Shown piece after piece: positions 47,682-60,352 of a stretch of 64,000 bases of DNA. Location of the stretch: contig NIVC01001367.1 of the NCBI GenBank assembly GCA_002269645.1, positions 186,001 to 250,000 on the forward strand, given 5' to 3'. Below the pieces are notes generated by a model, which saw only the letters and a program-made list of their open reading frames with translations, was not told where the DNA came from and ran no database searches. The DNA comes from Macrostomum lignano (Eukaryota). Both the position numbers and the translations under genes were made by a program. Position 1 is the first letter of the stretch. Every line of letters begins with the position of its first letter.

Positions 47682-50600
47682 CTAGGCCAGCTCCCTGGCG
47701 TTCACGGTGATGCGACCGAAAGACTGTCCGAAGCGGCGACGGTGGCCTGCGAAAGTCAAAGGTGGGACAAGTTGGCGCTGTTTTGCCGTGCTCAGAAGCT
47801 TTTCGCATGCAGAATCCCAGTGCAGAATCCCAGTACAGAATCCCAGTACAGAATCCCAGTACAGATTCCCAGTACCGATTCTCAGTACAGAATTCCAGTA
47901 CAGAATTCCAGTACAGAATCCCAGAGCAGAATCCCAGTACAGAATCCCAGAATAGAATCTCAGAACAGAATCCCAGAGCAGATCCCTGGACGTAGCAATC
48001 GTGTACAAGACAATAATAAAAAATAGAAAAGGACTATATACAAAGTTCGAGCTACATCATCTCTGTTTTGAGATCCCAACTGCTAGAGAAAGTGTAGGTA
48101 TATCAGCAAGCAGATTTCCAGGTCTACAGAATTGCTTGAAAAAAATTGATTATCAGAGACAAATATGCTTAGTGCACATCTTATACTAAAATGTAAGTGT
48201 AGTCAGCGCTGTAAAAGTACCGTTAAGGAGACCAATTCATGTAGTTCAGAGATTTTAGGGAATTAGTAGCCAACCAACTTCTAATAAATTGTGGCCTATT
48301 TTGAGCGCCTTCTGCAGAAATGAGTCCGCCTGCTCACCTGGGATGTGTCCGTAATAGTTCGGCAGGAGCCCCTCGCACTTGCGGTAGATGACCCCCTCGC
48401 CACGCCTCCCCCGCAGGCGCCCCCGCCCTGCCTGGCCCGCCGCCTTTTCCTCGCCGACAGCCTCAGCGTCCGAGGCCTCAAGCCCGGCCAGCGCAGCCGC
48501 GTGCAGCCGCCTGGCCCGGTCGAAGTCCTCCAGAGCGTCGTGTGTGAGCACCGGGTAGGTGCCACCCAGGCGTTGCCGCAGGCGGGGCACAAAGCCGGAG
48601 TAGCCGGATATAAAGTAGCGCTGCTCGCTGTCCCGGTCCATCAGGTAGGGAGAGTATCCGGGGTAATAGTAGCGCCCGGACGGCGGCTCGTCCAGAAACT
48701 TCGGGTGCACCGAGATGGCCGTTTTGGGCTGCCAAGCGAAATTGAATGCCTGAGACTAAACTGTTCTGCATGCATGTATTTAAACTAGGTTTTGCTAATC
48801 AGATTGCCACACTTCGTCAAAAGTGGACCTACCTCTTTTCTAGCTGGGAACACTGTGGTCTGAAATAAATAGAAGAGCTGAGGTTAAATATCTGCTCAAG
48901 TCACTAAAATGAACAGAGCAGCTGAGCTGAATGTCTGCTCAAGTCACTAAAATGAACAGAGCAGCTGAGGCTGAATGTCTGCTCAAGTCACTAAAATAAA
49001 CAGAGCAGCTGAGGCTGAATGTCTGCTCAAATCACTAAAATGAACAGAGCAGCTGAGGCTGAATGTCTGCTCAAGTCACTAAAATGAACAGAGCAGCTGA
49101 GCTGAATGTCTGCTCAATTCACTAAAATGAACAGAGCAGCTGAGGCTGAATGTCTGCTCAAGTCGCTATAAAATGAACAGAGCAGCTGAGGCTGAATGTC
49201 TGCTCAAGTCACTAAAATAAACAGAGCAGCTGACACTGAATGTCTGCTCAAGTCACTAAAATGAACAGAGCAGCTGACACTGAATGTCTGCTCAAGTCAC
49301 TAAAATGAACAGAGCAGCTGACACTGAATGTCTGCTCAAGTCACTAAAATGAACAGAGCAGCTGAGGCTGAATGTCTGCTCAAGTCACTAAAATAAACAG
49401 AGCAGCTGAGGCTGAATGTCTGCTCAAATCACTAAAATGAACAGAGCAGCTGAGGCTGAATGTCTGCTCAAGTCACTAAAATGAACAGAGCAGCTGAGCT
49501 GAATGTCTGCTCAATTCACTAAAATGAACAGAGCAGCTGAGGCTGAATGTCTGCTCAAGTCGCTAAAATGAACAGAGCAGCTGAGGCTGAATGTCTGCTC
49601 AAGTCACTAAAATAAACAGAGCAGCTGAGGCTGAATGTCTGCTCAAATCACTAAAATGAACAGAGCAGCTGAGGCTGAATGTCTGCTCAAGTCACTATTA
49701 CAATTAAGATTTCCATGTCTCCAAAAAACTTGCCTCCGAGAAGCAGAGCTTCGGGTTGCCGCCCACTGTCTGCTGGGCGCGCAGGCGGATCAGCTCGTTG
49801 TTGAGGCCGGCCGCCTGCTGAGGGCTCGCTTCAGAGGCTGCCAGAGATTGGTTCAAAAAAGGGCTTGACGGCTGAGTAGAACAGACTCAGAGATAGACTA
49901 TTACCACTCTAAGCCACCTGGCATAATTTAGTAACTGCGCGGCATTGAGCACTGCAGCGATGAGAGAACAATTAAGGGATTAAGGCGAGTCTCAAGCTTG
50001 ACGGGGTCGTCATTAATTCTGTCCGCTCGCCTCGCTGCACAGAAGCTTGTTAGCAGTTTGGCAAAATGGTATAATGATAAAATTTTCTATTGTTTGAAGC
50101 TGTCTGTGAGTAGGGGTTAAATGAAGGGCATTTATAGCTGCAGAGTACGAGTACTCGGTCCCTAGGGAGCCACGAAAGCGTAATATAATAGTAAGTAAAA
50201 CACACGCTTCTATTTCGAGTAGCTTACATGTGCCTTTGTTGCATATGCTTTTTGCCTCCCAAATCTCAGTGGTGTTTTATCCAGAGGGTGAAAGTTTGGT
50301 CTGAAGTGTTTCTTGCAAATGATCACGGTCATGGGTCACGGTTTAATAACCTTCACATGTATTGCTTTTGTCAGCCCAGCTGAGAATAAAGCCACCCAAA
50401 ATGATAATCCTGCCTACGCCGACCGCGAAGGGCCTGGCTGCGTGCAGCCTTAGTCTATGGGCCATAGACAATAAAGGACAAGCAAAGTGATAAAAAGCCA
50501 TCCAATGTGAGAATCGATTGGTCTATGCGTCGTATTCTTTTATTTTTATACCTTCTGAGCTTCTGAGCCATATGACTAGCCAATCCTAGCTTATCCTTTA

Positions 50601-51441
50601 TAGTATATGGCTCATAGACTAGGCTGGACGCAGCTAGGCCCTTCGTATTCAGCGTAGGCAGGTTTCTCACATTGGATGGCTTTCTATCACTTTGCTTATC
50701 CTTTATAGTCTATGGCCCATAGACTAAGGCTGCACGCAGCCAGGCCCTTCGCAGTCAGCGTAGGCAGGATTCTCACTTTGGATGGCTTTATTCTCAGTTA
50801 GGCTGACAAAACCAATACTGTTAAGCCTTAGAAATGAGACAATAAGATTTAATTGGTGAAAATCTAGGGTAAAAACTAGCAAAAATAACAAAAACCATTT
50901 GATGAACTTGTGCAAGTATCAACCTTCAGTGCTAGCCATGGACAACTGAAAAACCATTTGATGAACTTGTGCAAGTATCAACCTTCAGTGGCTAGCCATG
51001 GACAACTGAAAAACCATTTGATGAACTTGTGCAAGTATCAACCTTCAGTGGCTAACCAAGGACAACTGAAAAGTTCCTTAATCTAAGTTTCTAGTGCGGC
51101 CTGTAGCCAACAGATTGTCACACGTTGAAAACCAGCTTTCGCGTACTTGAATTTCTTGAAGAAATCCCAGTTGATGTTAACAGGCACGCTGGAGTAGGGT
51201 TCGAAATCTACATTAATTGATTGATTAAAGTGCACTGCTTTGCCTGTAAACTACTCAGCCAGTGAATGCTTGGCAAACAGATACGAGTAGCTGATGGCTC
51301 ACGCTTAATCGGCGGCAGTCGCACCGGCTCCTGCGGCGACTCCTTCATGCGGGTCGACACGTTGAACCGCCTGGCCGCCGTCGAGTCGCCGTGAAATGTG
51401 TGCGCTCGACTCAGCATGTTGGAACTCGCTTTGTAGAACAG
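47682..51441 (-). CDS. CIMIP2/FAM166-family (ciliary microtubule inner protein-like) gene, exons 51441-51303, 49837-49734, 48728-48338, 47746-47682; 5' end uncertain
   Basis: Motifs YFISGYSGFVP..LGGTY, IYRKCEGLLPNYYGHIPG and RFGQSFGRIT. Phases match (1, 0, 1), and the second intron is GC-AG (GAG|GCAAGT). Confidence 0.75.
47809..47985. repeat. 13-bp tandem repeat (intronic)
   Basis: Unit CAGAATCCCAGTA. Confidence 0.9.
48890..49695. repeat. 44-bp tandem repeat (~18 copies) filling the GC-AG intron
   Basis: Unit GAATGTCTGCTCAAGTCACTAAAATGAACAGAGCAGCTGAGGCT; CTGCTC/GAGCAG stem. Confidence 0.95.
50359..50818. mobile_element. Foldback/MITE-like element with long imperfect TIRs and an internally duplicated right arm
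   Basis: GTATTGCTTTTGTCAGCC..AATAAAGCC..CCTGCCTACG..GAAGGGCCTGGCTGCGTGCAGCCTTAGTCTATGGGCCATAGAC is mirrored at the right end, where the unit occurs twice. Confidence 0.7.
50891..51070. repeat. 60-bp tandem repeat (3 copies)
   Basis: Unit AAAACCATTTGATGAACTTGTGCAAGTATCAACCTTCAGTGGCTAGCCATGGACAACTGA. Confidence 0.9.
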
Positions 51442-54169
51442 CTGCGGAATAGCGGAGCAGTGGTTCACCGAAAACTGACGTCAATTGCTTGTTTTTTTTA
51501 TTTTACAGTGTATTATTGCAGCCAGTGCACGGCGAGACTGCGCCTGGATTGGGTGTTGCGCAGTAATACACGCGGCGACACACTTATCGTCTTAACTCAG
51601 AGACGCACTAAAAAACGAGACGACTGGACGCTCAGGCTTAAGGCTTAGGCCTGGTGCACCGTTAACCTGGGCAGGGGCAATAAACAGCAAAGCAACATTC
51701 GTGGGTAGGAGACGCAATCCAGCCAGTCTAAGAGAGCTTGAGCAGGTTGTCAGGCTGGCCTCGAATTTGAGTAGCTGCCACTGTAGACTCCTGAGAAGAT
51801 AAATTGCTTCTCAAGCCCTCCGTCTGGCTTCGGCTGTAGAAGAGGGGTGGCTATTATATTTTTTATGCTAGTTTGTCTGCGATTTGTCTTTTGGAGCTTA
51901 TAAAGCCTGAGACAGATTCCTTCTAGAAGAAGAGTTATTTATAAAGAAGAGTTACTGCCAAATTTAATAATTGTCTTTATTTTGTCACCGGTGTTGGTTG
52001 CTGCTGCGGACATCACTGGAAGCTTCGTGTGTCTGTTACATGTATATTACATGCCTGACTTCTAAGGTACATTAAACATCACAGCTGTGTCTTCTCCACA
52101 AGGTCTGCCATGCATTTTTTTCTGCTTATAAAGCCTCTATAACGTTCTGCACAATAGTGCGGTAAATTGTCAAACTATGAAAACTGTGACCCGACTGGCA
52201 TTATTAAATCTATCAGCTTATCAACCCAAAGAAGACGGCGAAATGAAATGGCAGAGAATGTAAAAATGACACAACTTATACACAATGTGCACTACACACT
52301 TCTGACTTTTGAACCAGACTATGGGCGAGATAAGATTTATGGGTCTTGAGAGGTTTTATCAGCCTGTTCCAAGCAATAACACCTGTCTGTTACCTGTTTA
52401 TAATTACATGGAATTTAATAGAAGTGACGGCCCTAACCAACTTTTAGATTTTGACCTGAGCACATACATAGCTAAATATTAAAGTACGCGACTATTCTCA
52501 GTGTTGGTAATGTTATCCAGAATACTACTGCATATCACAAGCACAGCCATGCAATGCTGAAAACTCTTGCTATTTGAAAAACCACTATGGGGCTGTGAGT
52601 TTTTTAATTATTTTCATTCAGAAAGCATACAACTTCAAGAAAATCCTCATAATTATCTGATCGGCTCGGCTTCGACTCGACAATTAAGAGCGAACCTTAG
52701 GCTTTTGCCCGGATCGCGTGCGCTGCAGTCGCGCCGCTGAAGCTGCAGGACAGAAGCTCATTTTGCTCTCGCTTGTACCAGGTGTCAATTGGTCAGCTCG
52801 CTGCCAGGGATGCGACGCGCGTCGAACGCAGCGTCCCTGAGAGCTAGCTCGATCGTACATCTAGTAGGTCCCTACGTTTGTACAGCAGGGCGGTCTCCAC
52901 TATACTAGATTTGTATACAGCACTACAGGTTACTCAGATATTTTTTCAGATCCACTAAAACACTGGAATCTGGATGCACGTGTACATGCATACAAAAGTA
53001 CATCTACTCTTAACAAAAGTTCACGCATACATGTATATGACTCGTTTAAAGCGCATCGTATTCAGACCCTGATCTTTCTTCAGTGCAGCTGCCAGCACCA
53101 GGGTCTAAAGCACAGTAGGATCCACAGTATTTCGTCATGTGATTTATCATCCGTCTAAAATTCTGAATGAATTCAAGCACCGGCTGTTCGCGATATTTCC
53201 AGGTGCAGGTCTCTAAGAATACACACGTTCATATGTAAAGCTACCAGACCAACTGCATGAATCTTGATGTCAACCGAGCCAAAGAAAAAAATCTATATGA
53301 ATCGAATCAATTCAGGGAATTCTGTTACACATACTCGTCTGGTCGATACAAAATCTAGCTAGCTTTTGTTCATCGCATCATTCCGCTTACATTTCCTAGA
53401 AAGTAGTCTTAACAGGAAACTACTCGTACGTCTGTTAGTGTAAGTATAAGTACGCTCGTACTGTAATGTCTCTAGGGTATGGTAGTGGCTTTAGTATTTT
53501 ACACAGAACATAGTTATACAGAATATCAAGCATAGAATGTAAGGCCTATTGCCCTGTTATTTGCTTTCAAAGCCAAGCCAAGGCATATAGAAATTAGTTC
53601 CTAGGACCTAGCCCTAGTCATTTTGTCATTCATCACCCCACCTTTTATAGGTCGCTTCGTCATCTTAATTAATTAAGCATTCACCAACTGAAGAATTTCA
53701 AAATTTTCTAGTTTATTTATGCTATGTTTATTGCTATGCTAAATCATGTCCTTTTTTATAAAACATTAGCATTAGCCTATCTACCATTTAGATTTTTTAT
53801 TACAAAGTGAGAATCCAGATAATAGGCCTAGAAAATATTTGTTCTAAGAAATATTTGTTAATATTGTACTTTAGTAAAGTCTTTACAAGACTATTTATTT
53901 TACTTCTAGTCACAATTTTCTTACAGGCCTATGACAAAAGAATATAAAAACTTTACTAGGCTTAGCAAGCTAAAAATTCACTTTTTCTTAGAAAGGTTAT
54001 AGAAATTGGTTAAGGCCATGTTACTTCCAGGCTTCCAGGCTATCAGGAAGACTTCCAGGCTTATGCCTATGTTAGATATTATCTTATAATCTTTGTTATT
54101 AGCTATCATGATAAGCTTTTCAAAGTTTATAAAGATGCTACACTAGCCTAGTCAATGATTTATTGATAG

Positions 54170-55700
54170 TAGGGCCTATTTAAAGTTCTGTGACAAAGAA
54201 TTTCCCCTAATCTCAGCTCCTCAAACTGGCCAGCCATAGTCAACAAGGACAGCAGAGCTGATTGAAACCTATTAAGCTCTTGTTGAAAAGGATCCAAAAA
54301 TTAGTGTCTAGGCCTACAACCTCATTAACTTTTTGGAAGTTGGAAAAACAATAGTACACAAAATTTTGACTGAGGATTTGCACCTTTAAAATGTTTCTAC
54401 CCCTATTGGAATAAGTTTTAAAAACCCACGGATGCGCAACACTGGTGCCAAAATTGTGCCTTCAAATGTGCGACGCAACATCAAATTTTGTTGACTAGAG
54501 GGGGCAGCGACATGCGACAACACTGATGTCTGTTGACCAAATGACTAGGGGAGGGGGGATGCCACAGCAGCCACATTGCACGTTGCCCACCTAATCAATC
54601 ATGCACTTAGACTAGTCATCCTAGCCCCAAGGGGGGAGACCACATGACCCACATGTCTTCACATTTCATTTAGATTTTTATTTTTTATCTGTGTCTTACA
54701 TCATAAATAAAAGTATAAAACAAACATGACTGATGACTCACACTTCATTGCTCAACTTTTCCCAGTTCCCACAGACTCCAAGACCCACAGTAGATGTGTT
54801 GACTGCCGACTGTTGTCCATCAAACAATGCAGATGGGATTGCTGTTCGTTGGGAGTTGGGATGTGAAATTCAATGCGAATTCAATGTGGCACAACACACC
54901 ACTTGACACCATTGTCGCGCAACGTGACACCAGGAAAATCTGAAAATGAGATGGAAGGTCGTCTACATTTTGTCAACTTATTCCAATAGGGGTTTCTACT
55001 GTCTGGTTTCCAAATGCCCAATCCAAAGAGAACAAGACTACTTGTATCAATTGTGTATAACAAATTCGTAGGCTTTTTTACAAGGGCATAGAAAACTTTT
55101 GTGACAAGTATGTGGTGAAAGATGAGATATGGGTGTACCTGATCAATACTGGCACAAAGCAAAACAACAGGTGCTGGCTTGGCCAAGGGGATCATTGACC
55201 CCAGGTTGTTAGGCACTCAGTTGGCAATGCAAAAGACAATGCTTCTAGTTGCTTTTACTCCTAACAAGTGCTTCTCTATTGAATCCACAGCCCCAAAGCA
55301 AACTATTGATGCAAATGGCATAGTTGAGTTCATTTGGCACACTGGAGACCTATGGCATACTCTCAGGTCAAGGCCAATTCATCTTTTGGATGTTATTTGG
55401 CAGTGGGACAATATGCAACCTGATGTGGCTCATTCTGTGCAATAGTGCATAGAGTCCTATAGAGTTCAGCTGGTGTTTCAGAGTCCTTACAGCCTAGACT
55501 TCAATTTGTGTGACCATTTTTTCAGTTGGATGAAGACTGATTTTTCTAGGCAAGTGTTCAGTGACCACAATGAAGTTTGAGAAGCTACATTGCAATGGGC
55601 AAGAGGCCTTGATGAAGATTGCTTGAAAAGAGAGGTTCAGTGACTTGTTGACCATTTCCAAGCTATAATCAATATAAGGGGAGATTACATTACCAACTAG
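54170..55700 (+). mobile_element. Heavily decayed mariner transposase relic interrupted by a MITE
   Basis: GQP*STRT..LVEKDPKISV, LEVGKTIVHKILTEDLHL*NVS[insertion]TVWFP..VVKDEIWVY, KTMLLVAF, IWQWDNMQPD and SPYSLDFNLCD..RGDY are collinear with the mariner HTH and DDD catalytic motifs. Confidence 0.85.
54401..54991. mobile_element. 591-bp non-autonomous DNA transposon, 17-bp TIR, 8-bp TSD
   Basis: GTTTCTAC|CCCTATTGGAATAAGTT ... AACTTATTCCAATAGGG|GTTTCTAC. Removing it rejoins the mariner reading frame. Confidence 0.9.
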
Positions 55701-56457
55701 TATGTTATTGTGTTTTCTGATAGTTCTGACTGGTTTTCAAATACATTCTCACAACTTTCTGGATAGCCATATTCTAAGAATTCCTGTTTTTATTATTATT
55801 CCTATGATCCCATGCAGCTATATGCCTAGAATCAAAGTTTTTCTGCGTGCTTGATAAAGTGTCTAGGCTCATCTATTTTTAGGTTTATTCTAATATAGGG
55901 TGCAGACTGCAGATTATCAGAAAATCTAATGTGCAACATAAGCCAAATAAGAAAAAAAGATATGAGACAAAAGTTAAAAAATATAGACTTTGTCAACTTT
56001 TGCTTTTTCTAGGCCTAGTAGACAACTTTAAGCTTGGGGTTAACATTTTTTGGCCTAAAACATTAAAGCAATTCCGGTTTATGCTTGTAAGCCAAGGTAG
56101 ATATACTTGTAAAATCAGGCAGTTATAGATGCCATGCTTTGTATTTTCAACATTCAGAAAGCAGAAAAGGTTTTTTTATTTCCATTTAAATTTCCTTTTG
56201 AAGCTCCAAATAATTAATTGATTTCACCATACCTAAAATACCACATAGGGAGATATGCTTCTAATAGATACTACTAACAGTAGCATAGCTTCAGTTTAGT
56301 TGTAGGGTCTAGGGATGTTTGCCTTTTTAAATAAGCAGTCTATATATGCTCGTACTAGCTAGCAACTTGTATACTTACCATCATATTAGAAAATTAATTC
56401 CAACTACAACATAATTTGCTAAAAGTACATTCTTTGGCTCCCAGCCTCCCATGCAAG

Positions 56458-57547
56458 CAGTGTTGGGCACAATACTAAAAAAGTATCGATGAAAACCAAT
56501 ACTCCGATACCCTTTCTGAAAAAAGTATCGCCAATACCTGAAAGCCCGATACCCAAATTTGAGTATCGGCAATACCCTAATTCCGATACTCAATTCCAAT
56601 ACCCATTTTTTGCAAAAAGAATGCTTAATGAATATAGATGCATATTATTTAAGCCTCTCAGACCTTCTCCTAGATTTTAAAGGCAAATAAAGCAAGCTTA
56701 GCATTGTTTTAAATCACAAAGCCTTCAGTAAAAGAAATAGAATAAAATTAACGAATGAAAACCAACAGTTGCAGTTGCCACTTTAGTCGATCATTAACTA
56801 TTTACTACCCTCTGTAGTCATTCTTCTTTAAATCTTTACACCTATTAGCACTGTCATTCTTTTAGTATAGTGTGGCGGCCTGTCAGTCTGCAATTGGTGC
56901 ACCCATACACTTAGCCTCAGCCTTGTTTTTTGGATTGAGCACACTTACATGTACACATGTACTCAGCCAGCCAGACCGAATGCTTTAAGCCGAGGTAGAG
57001 ACTTTAAAGCCTTACCTCTGATTGGGCAACACATCGCCCCTTCACTCTCTATACATGTAAACCTAAGTAAATTGCGTCACTTCTCTTCCCTTTACTCAAC
57101 TTGTGGTCTCCTAAATATATTCTTCCAAAATAGTGGATTTATTTATTTATTGCTGTATGCAAATACGCATGCACATATGTTTGTATGTACGCATCATTCA
57201 CTAAATTGCTTGAGTTACTAGTGTAGCACTAGTGTATTTGCTTACTTTAAGAACTTACTTTAAGATCGAAAGTATTAATTGTTTCAGCTTCATTGGCCTA
57301 GAAGTGAAGTATTTACCAGGTATCATTACTTTCTGTAAAATTACGCAACTGTTTCATTCATTTTAACTAAATTTTGATTGTTTGCATACTCCAAATTTTA
57401 AAAGTATCGGACTATCGAACTATCGGGAAAATTTGAAAATTGTATCAGAAGTTACCGAAGTCCGATGCCGCCAAAAAAAGTATCGACTTCCGATACCCAA
57501 AAGGTATCGCCGATAGTATCGGAGCATCGTAATTGTGCCCAACACTG
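56458..57547. mobile_element. hAT-type non-autonomous element, 1090 bp
   Basis: TIR CAGTGTTGGGCACAAT / ATTGTGCCCAACACTG, 8-bp TSD CATGCAAG / CATGCGAG (7 of 8 match), and subterminal GTATCG/CGATAC repeats at both ends. Confidence 0.85.
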
Positions 57548-57601
57548 CATGCGAGCGCAGTGCAAGTCAAGCTGTTTGAATTTCAGCAGCACTCTGCCAT
57601 C

Positions 57602-59294
57602 ATGCTGCTTCAACGCAGCTTGCTCCCATTGCTGCCTGTGCTGCTGCTGCTGGCTGGCGAAGTCCCGCTTGCTGCTGCCCGCGGCGGCATGCGGGTGGAC
57701 ATCGACGAGGAGACCTGGCCGGAGGTGCTGGCTGGCGGCCGCTGGTTCATCAAATTCTACGCGCCCTGGTGCGACGCCTGCCGCAGCCTGGCGCCCACCT
57801 GGCAGAACCTGGCGGCCAGTGAGGACCTTCCGCGGGATGTCAGCATCGCCCAGGTGGACGTCACCAGGAACGAGGCCCTGGCTGGCATGTTCCTGGTCAC
57901 CGGCCTGCCTTCTCTGTACATGCTGCACGATGGCCAGTTCTGGCAGCACAGCGGCGACCGGTCACTGCCTGCGCTGCTGCGCTACATCCAGCAGGTGACT
58001 GCCGGCTGTGTGGGGCTGTGAGCGCGACTGCTCAGCTGCTCATGGGGTATGGGATGGCGGCCTGGGCTCAAGGTGTAATGGATCACTAAGTAAACTTGAA
58101 GTTGTCCAGAGATGGTATCATGATGAGGGTGGACTCTAATCTGGATAAGATGGAATCATGATGAGGATGGACTCAAATCTGGATGAGATGGGATCATGAT
58201 TAATGTGGACTCAAATCTGGGATGAGATGGGTTCATGATGAATGTGGACTCAAATCTGGATGAGATGGGATCATGATTAATGTGCACTCAAATCTGGGAT
58301 GAGATGGGTTCATGATGAATGTGGACTCAAATCTGGGATGAGATGGGATCATGATTAATGTGCACTCAAATCTGGGATGAGATGGGATCATGATTAATGT
58401 GGACTCAAATCTGGGATGAGATGGGATCATGATGAATGTGGACTCAAATCTGCGACGAGATGGGATCATGATGAGGGTGCACTCGAATCTGGGATGAGAT
58501 GGGATCATGATGAAGGTGGACTCTAATCTTGGACGAGATGGGATCATGATGAGGGTGGACTCTAATCTGGGACGAGATGGGATCATGATGAATGTGGACT
58601 CAAATCTGGGACGAGATGGGATCATGATGAATGTGGACTCAAATCTGGGATGAGATGGGATCATGATGAGGAGACTCAAATCTGGGATGAGATGGGATCA
58701 TGATGAGGAGACTCAAATCTGGGTTGAGATGGAATCATGAGGAGGCTTAAATTTGGATGAGGTGGGATCATGATGAGGGTGGACTCAAATCTGGGATGAG
58801 ATGGGAACACTGACTCAGCAAACGATTCTACTATGAGTAGGCAGTTGCGGCTAATACTTGCCACCCGAACTCAGGCCGAGTACGCCCGCCTGCCGCCGCT
58901 GCCGTGGTACCGGGTGCCCACAGCTCTGCACATGCGCTGTCTCGGCCGCCTCATTCAGGCCGCCGTCCGCCTGAAGAAGCTGCACACTCACCTGGTGGAG
59001 GAGCGCGGCCTGCCCTCCCCGCTGGCCTATCTGGTGCTGGCGCTGGCCACCCTGGTCTCCGGCCTGGTGGCCGGCCTCGTCCTCGTCTGCCTGTGCGACC
59101 TGCTGAGCGCCAGGCGGCGGCACCGGCAGCAGGAGGCGGCCGCAGTTCCCGGCGACGCGAAAGGCGACTCGGCGAAGGTGGACAAGCCGGATGAGGCCAG
59201 CGGCGAGGACTCGGACGAGCTGGCCGAGAGTCCCCGTCCGGCCACTTCCGGTCAGCAAGTGCGGAAACGCGGTGTCAGGAAGGAGACGTCCTGA
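57602..59294 (+). CDS. TMX1: Thioredoxin-related transmembrane protein (TMX1/TMX4-like), 270 aa, exons 57602-57994 and 58875-59294
   Basis: Signal peptide, WFIKFYAPWCDAC, IAQVDVT..LAGMFLVTGLPSLY..DGQFWQHSGDRS, TM helix LAYLVLALATLVSGLVAGLVLVCLCD and an acidic then basic tail; phase-0 intron. Confidence 0.88.
58110..58805. repeat. 39-bp tandem repeat (~17 copies) in the TMX intron
   Basis: Unit GGACTCAAATCTGGGATGAGATGGGATCATGATTAATGT with variants. Confidence 0.95.
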
Positions 59295-59811
59295 GCTGCT
59301 GCGGTGCCAGCGTCTGCTTGGTGACATTGAATGTTGCCCTCAGTGACTCCAGTGCCGGCCCAGGCTGCTGATTTTATAAGCTCCGGTCCCGGCATTTCCC
59401 CTGTTGTCAGTCAGTCAGCCTGCATGCTGCAATTACCAGGTGCTTTAAATAAGTTCATTGCTTGTCGAGTCAGTGTAGATCGCCTTGGGAGTTCCTCTTC
59501 AGCAGCCAAAAAATTTTTCAAAATAAACAAATTGAATAATTGCCAAACCTGCTCTGTCGGTGCGATTTTGCAAATTTTGCGATTGATTGCGCAATTCTTC
59601 TATTTCATTTCTGTGCACACTGTCTGCTGCAGCTTGAGTCGTCACCCAACAGGTTGGGATACTTGATAAAGTTTATGAAGAAATGTTTCTTTCAGTTCCG
59701 TCCTTCAACTGGTTTTACGTTTCGAATTGGGCACTCGAAATGGTCGTTGCCGATAGGATTTTCAGCTTTAGAAGTATGACAGTTTTGCAACCAATGTGTT
59801 CTGTGCCCGTC

Positions 59812-60352
59812 TGCCACTTTCAACTGGCTTTGATCTGTGACAGTGCGGTGTGCCAGCAACAACAGAGATGGCTGCCAATTTCAACTGGCTTTGATCTGTG
59901 ACAGTGCGGTGTGCCAGCAACAACAGAGATGTCTGCCAATTTCAACTGGCTTTGACCTGACAGTGCGGTGTGCCAGCAACAACAGAGATGTCTGCCAATT
60001 TCAACTGGCTTTGATCTGTGACAGAGCGGTGTGCCAGCAACAACAGAGATGTCTGCCACTTTCAACTGGCTTTGACCTGACAGAGCGGTGTGCCAGCAAC
60101 AACAGAGATGTCTGCCACTTTCAACTGGCTTGATCTGTGACAGTGCGGTGTGCCAGCAACAACAGAGATGTCTGCCAATTTCAACTGGCTTTGATCTGTG
60201 ACAGTGCGGTGTGCCAGCAACAACAGAGATGTCTGCCAATTTCAATTAGCTTTGATCTGTGACAGTGCGGTGTGCCAGCAACAACAGAGATGTCTGCCAA
60301 TTTCAATTAGCTTTGATCTGTGACAGTGCGGTGTGCCAGCAACAACAGAGAT
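59812..60352. repeat. 59-61-bp tandem repeat (~9 copies)
   Basis: Unit TTCAACTGGCTTTGATCTGTGACAGTGCGGTGTGCCAGCAACAACAGAGATGTCTGCCAAT. Confidence 0.95.
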
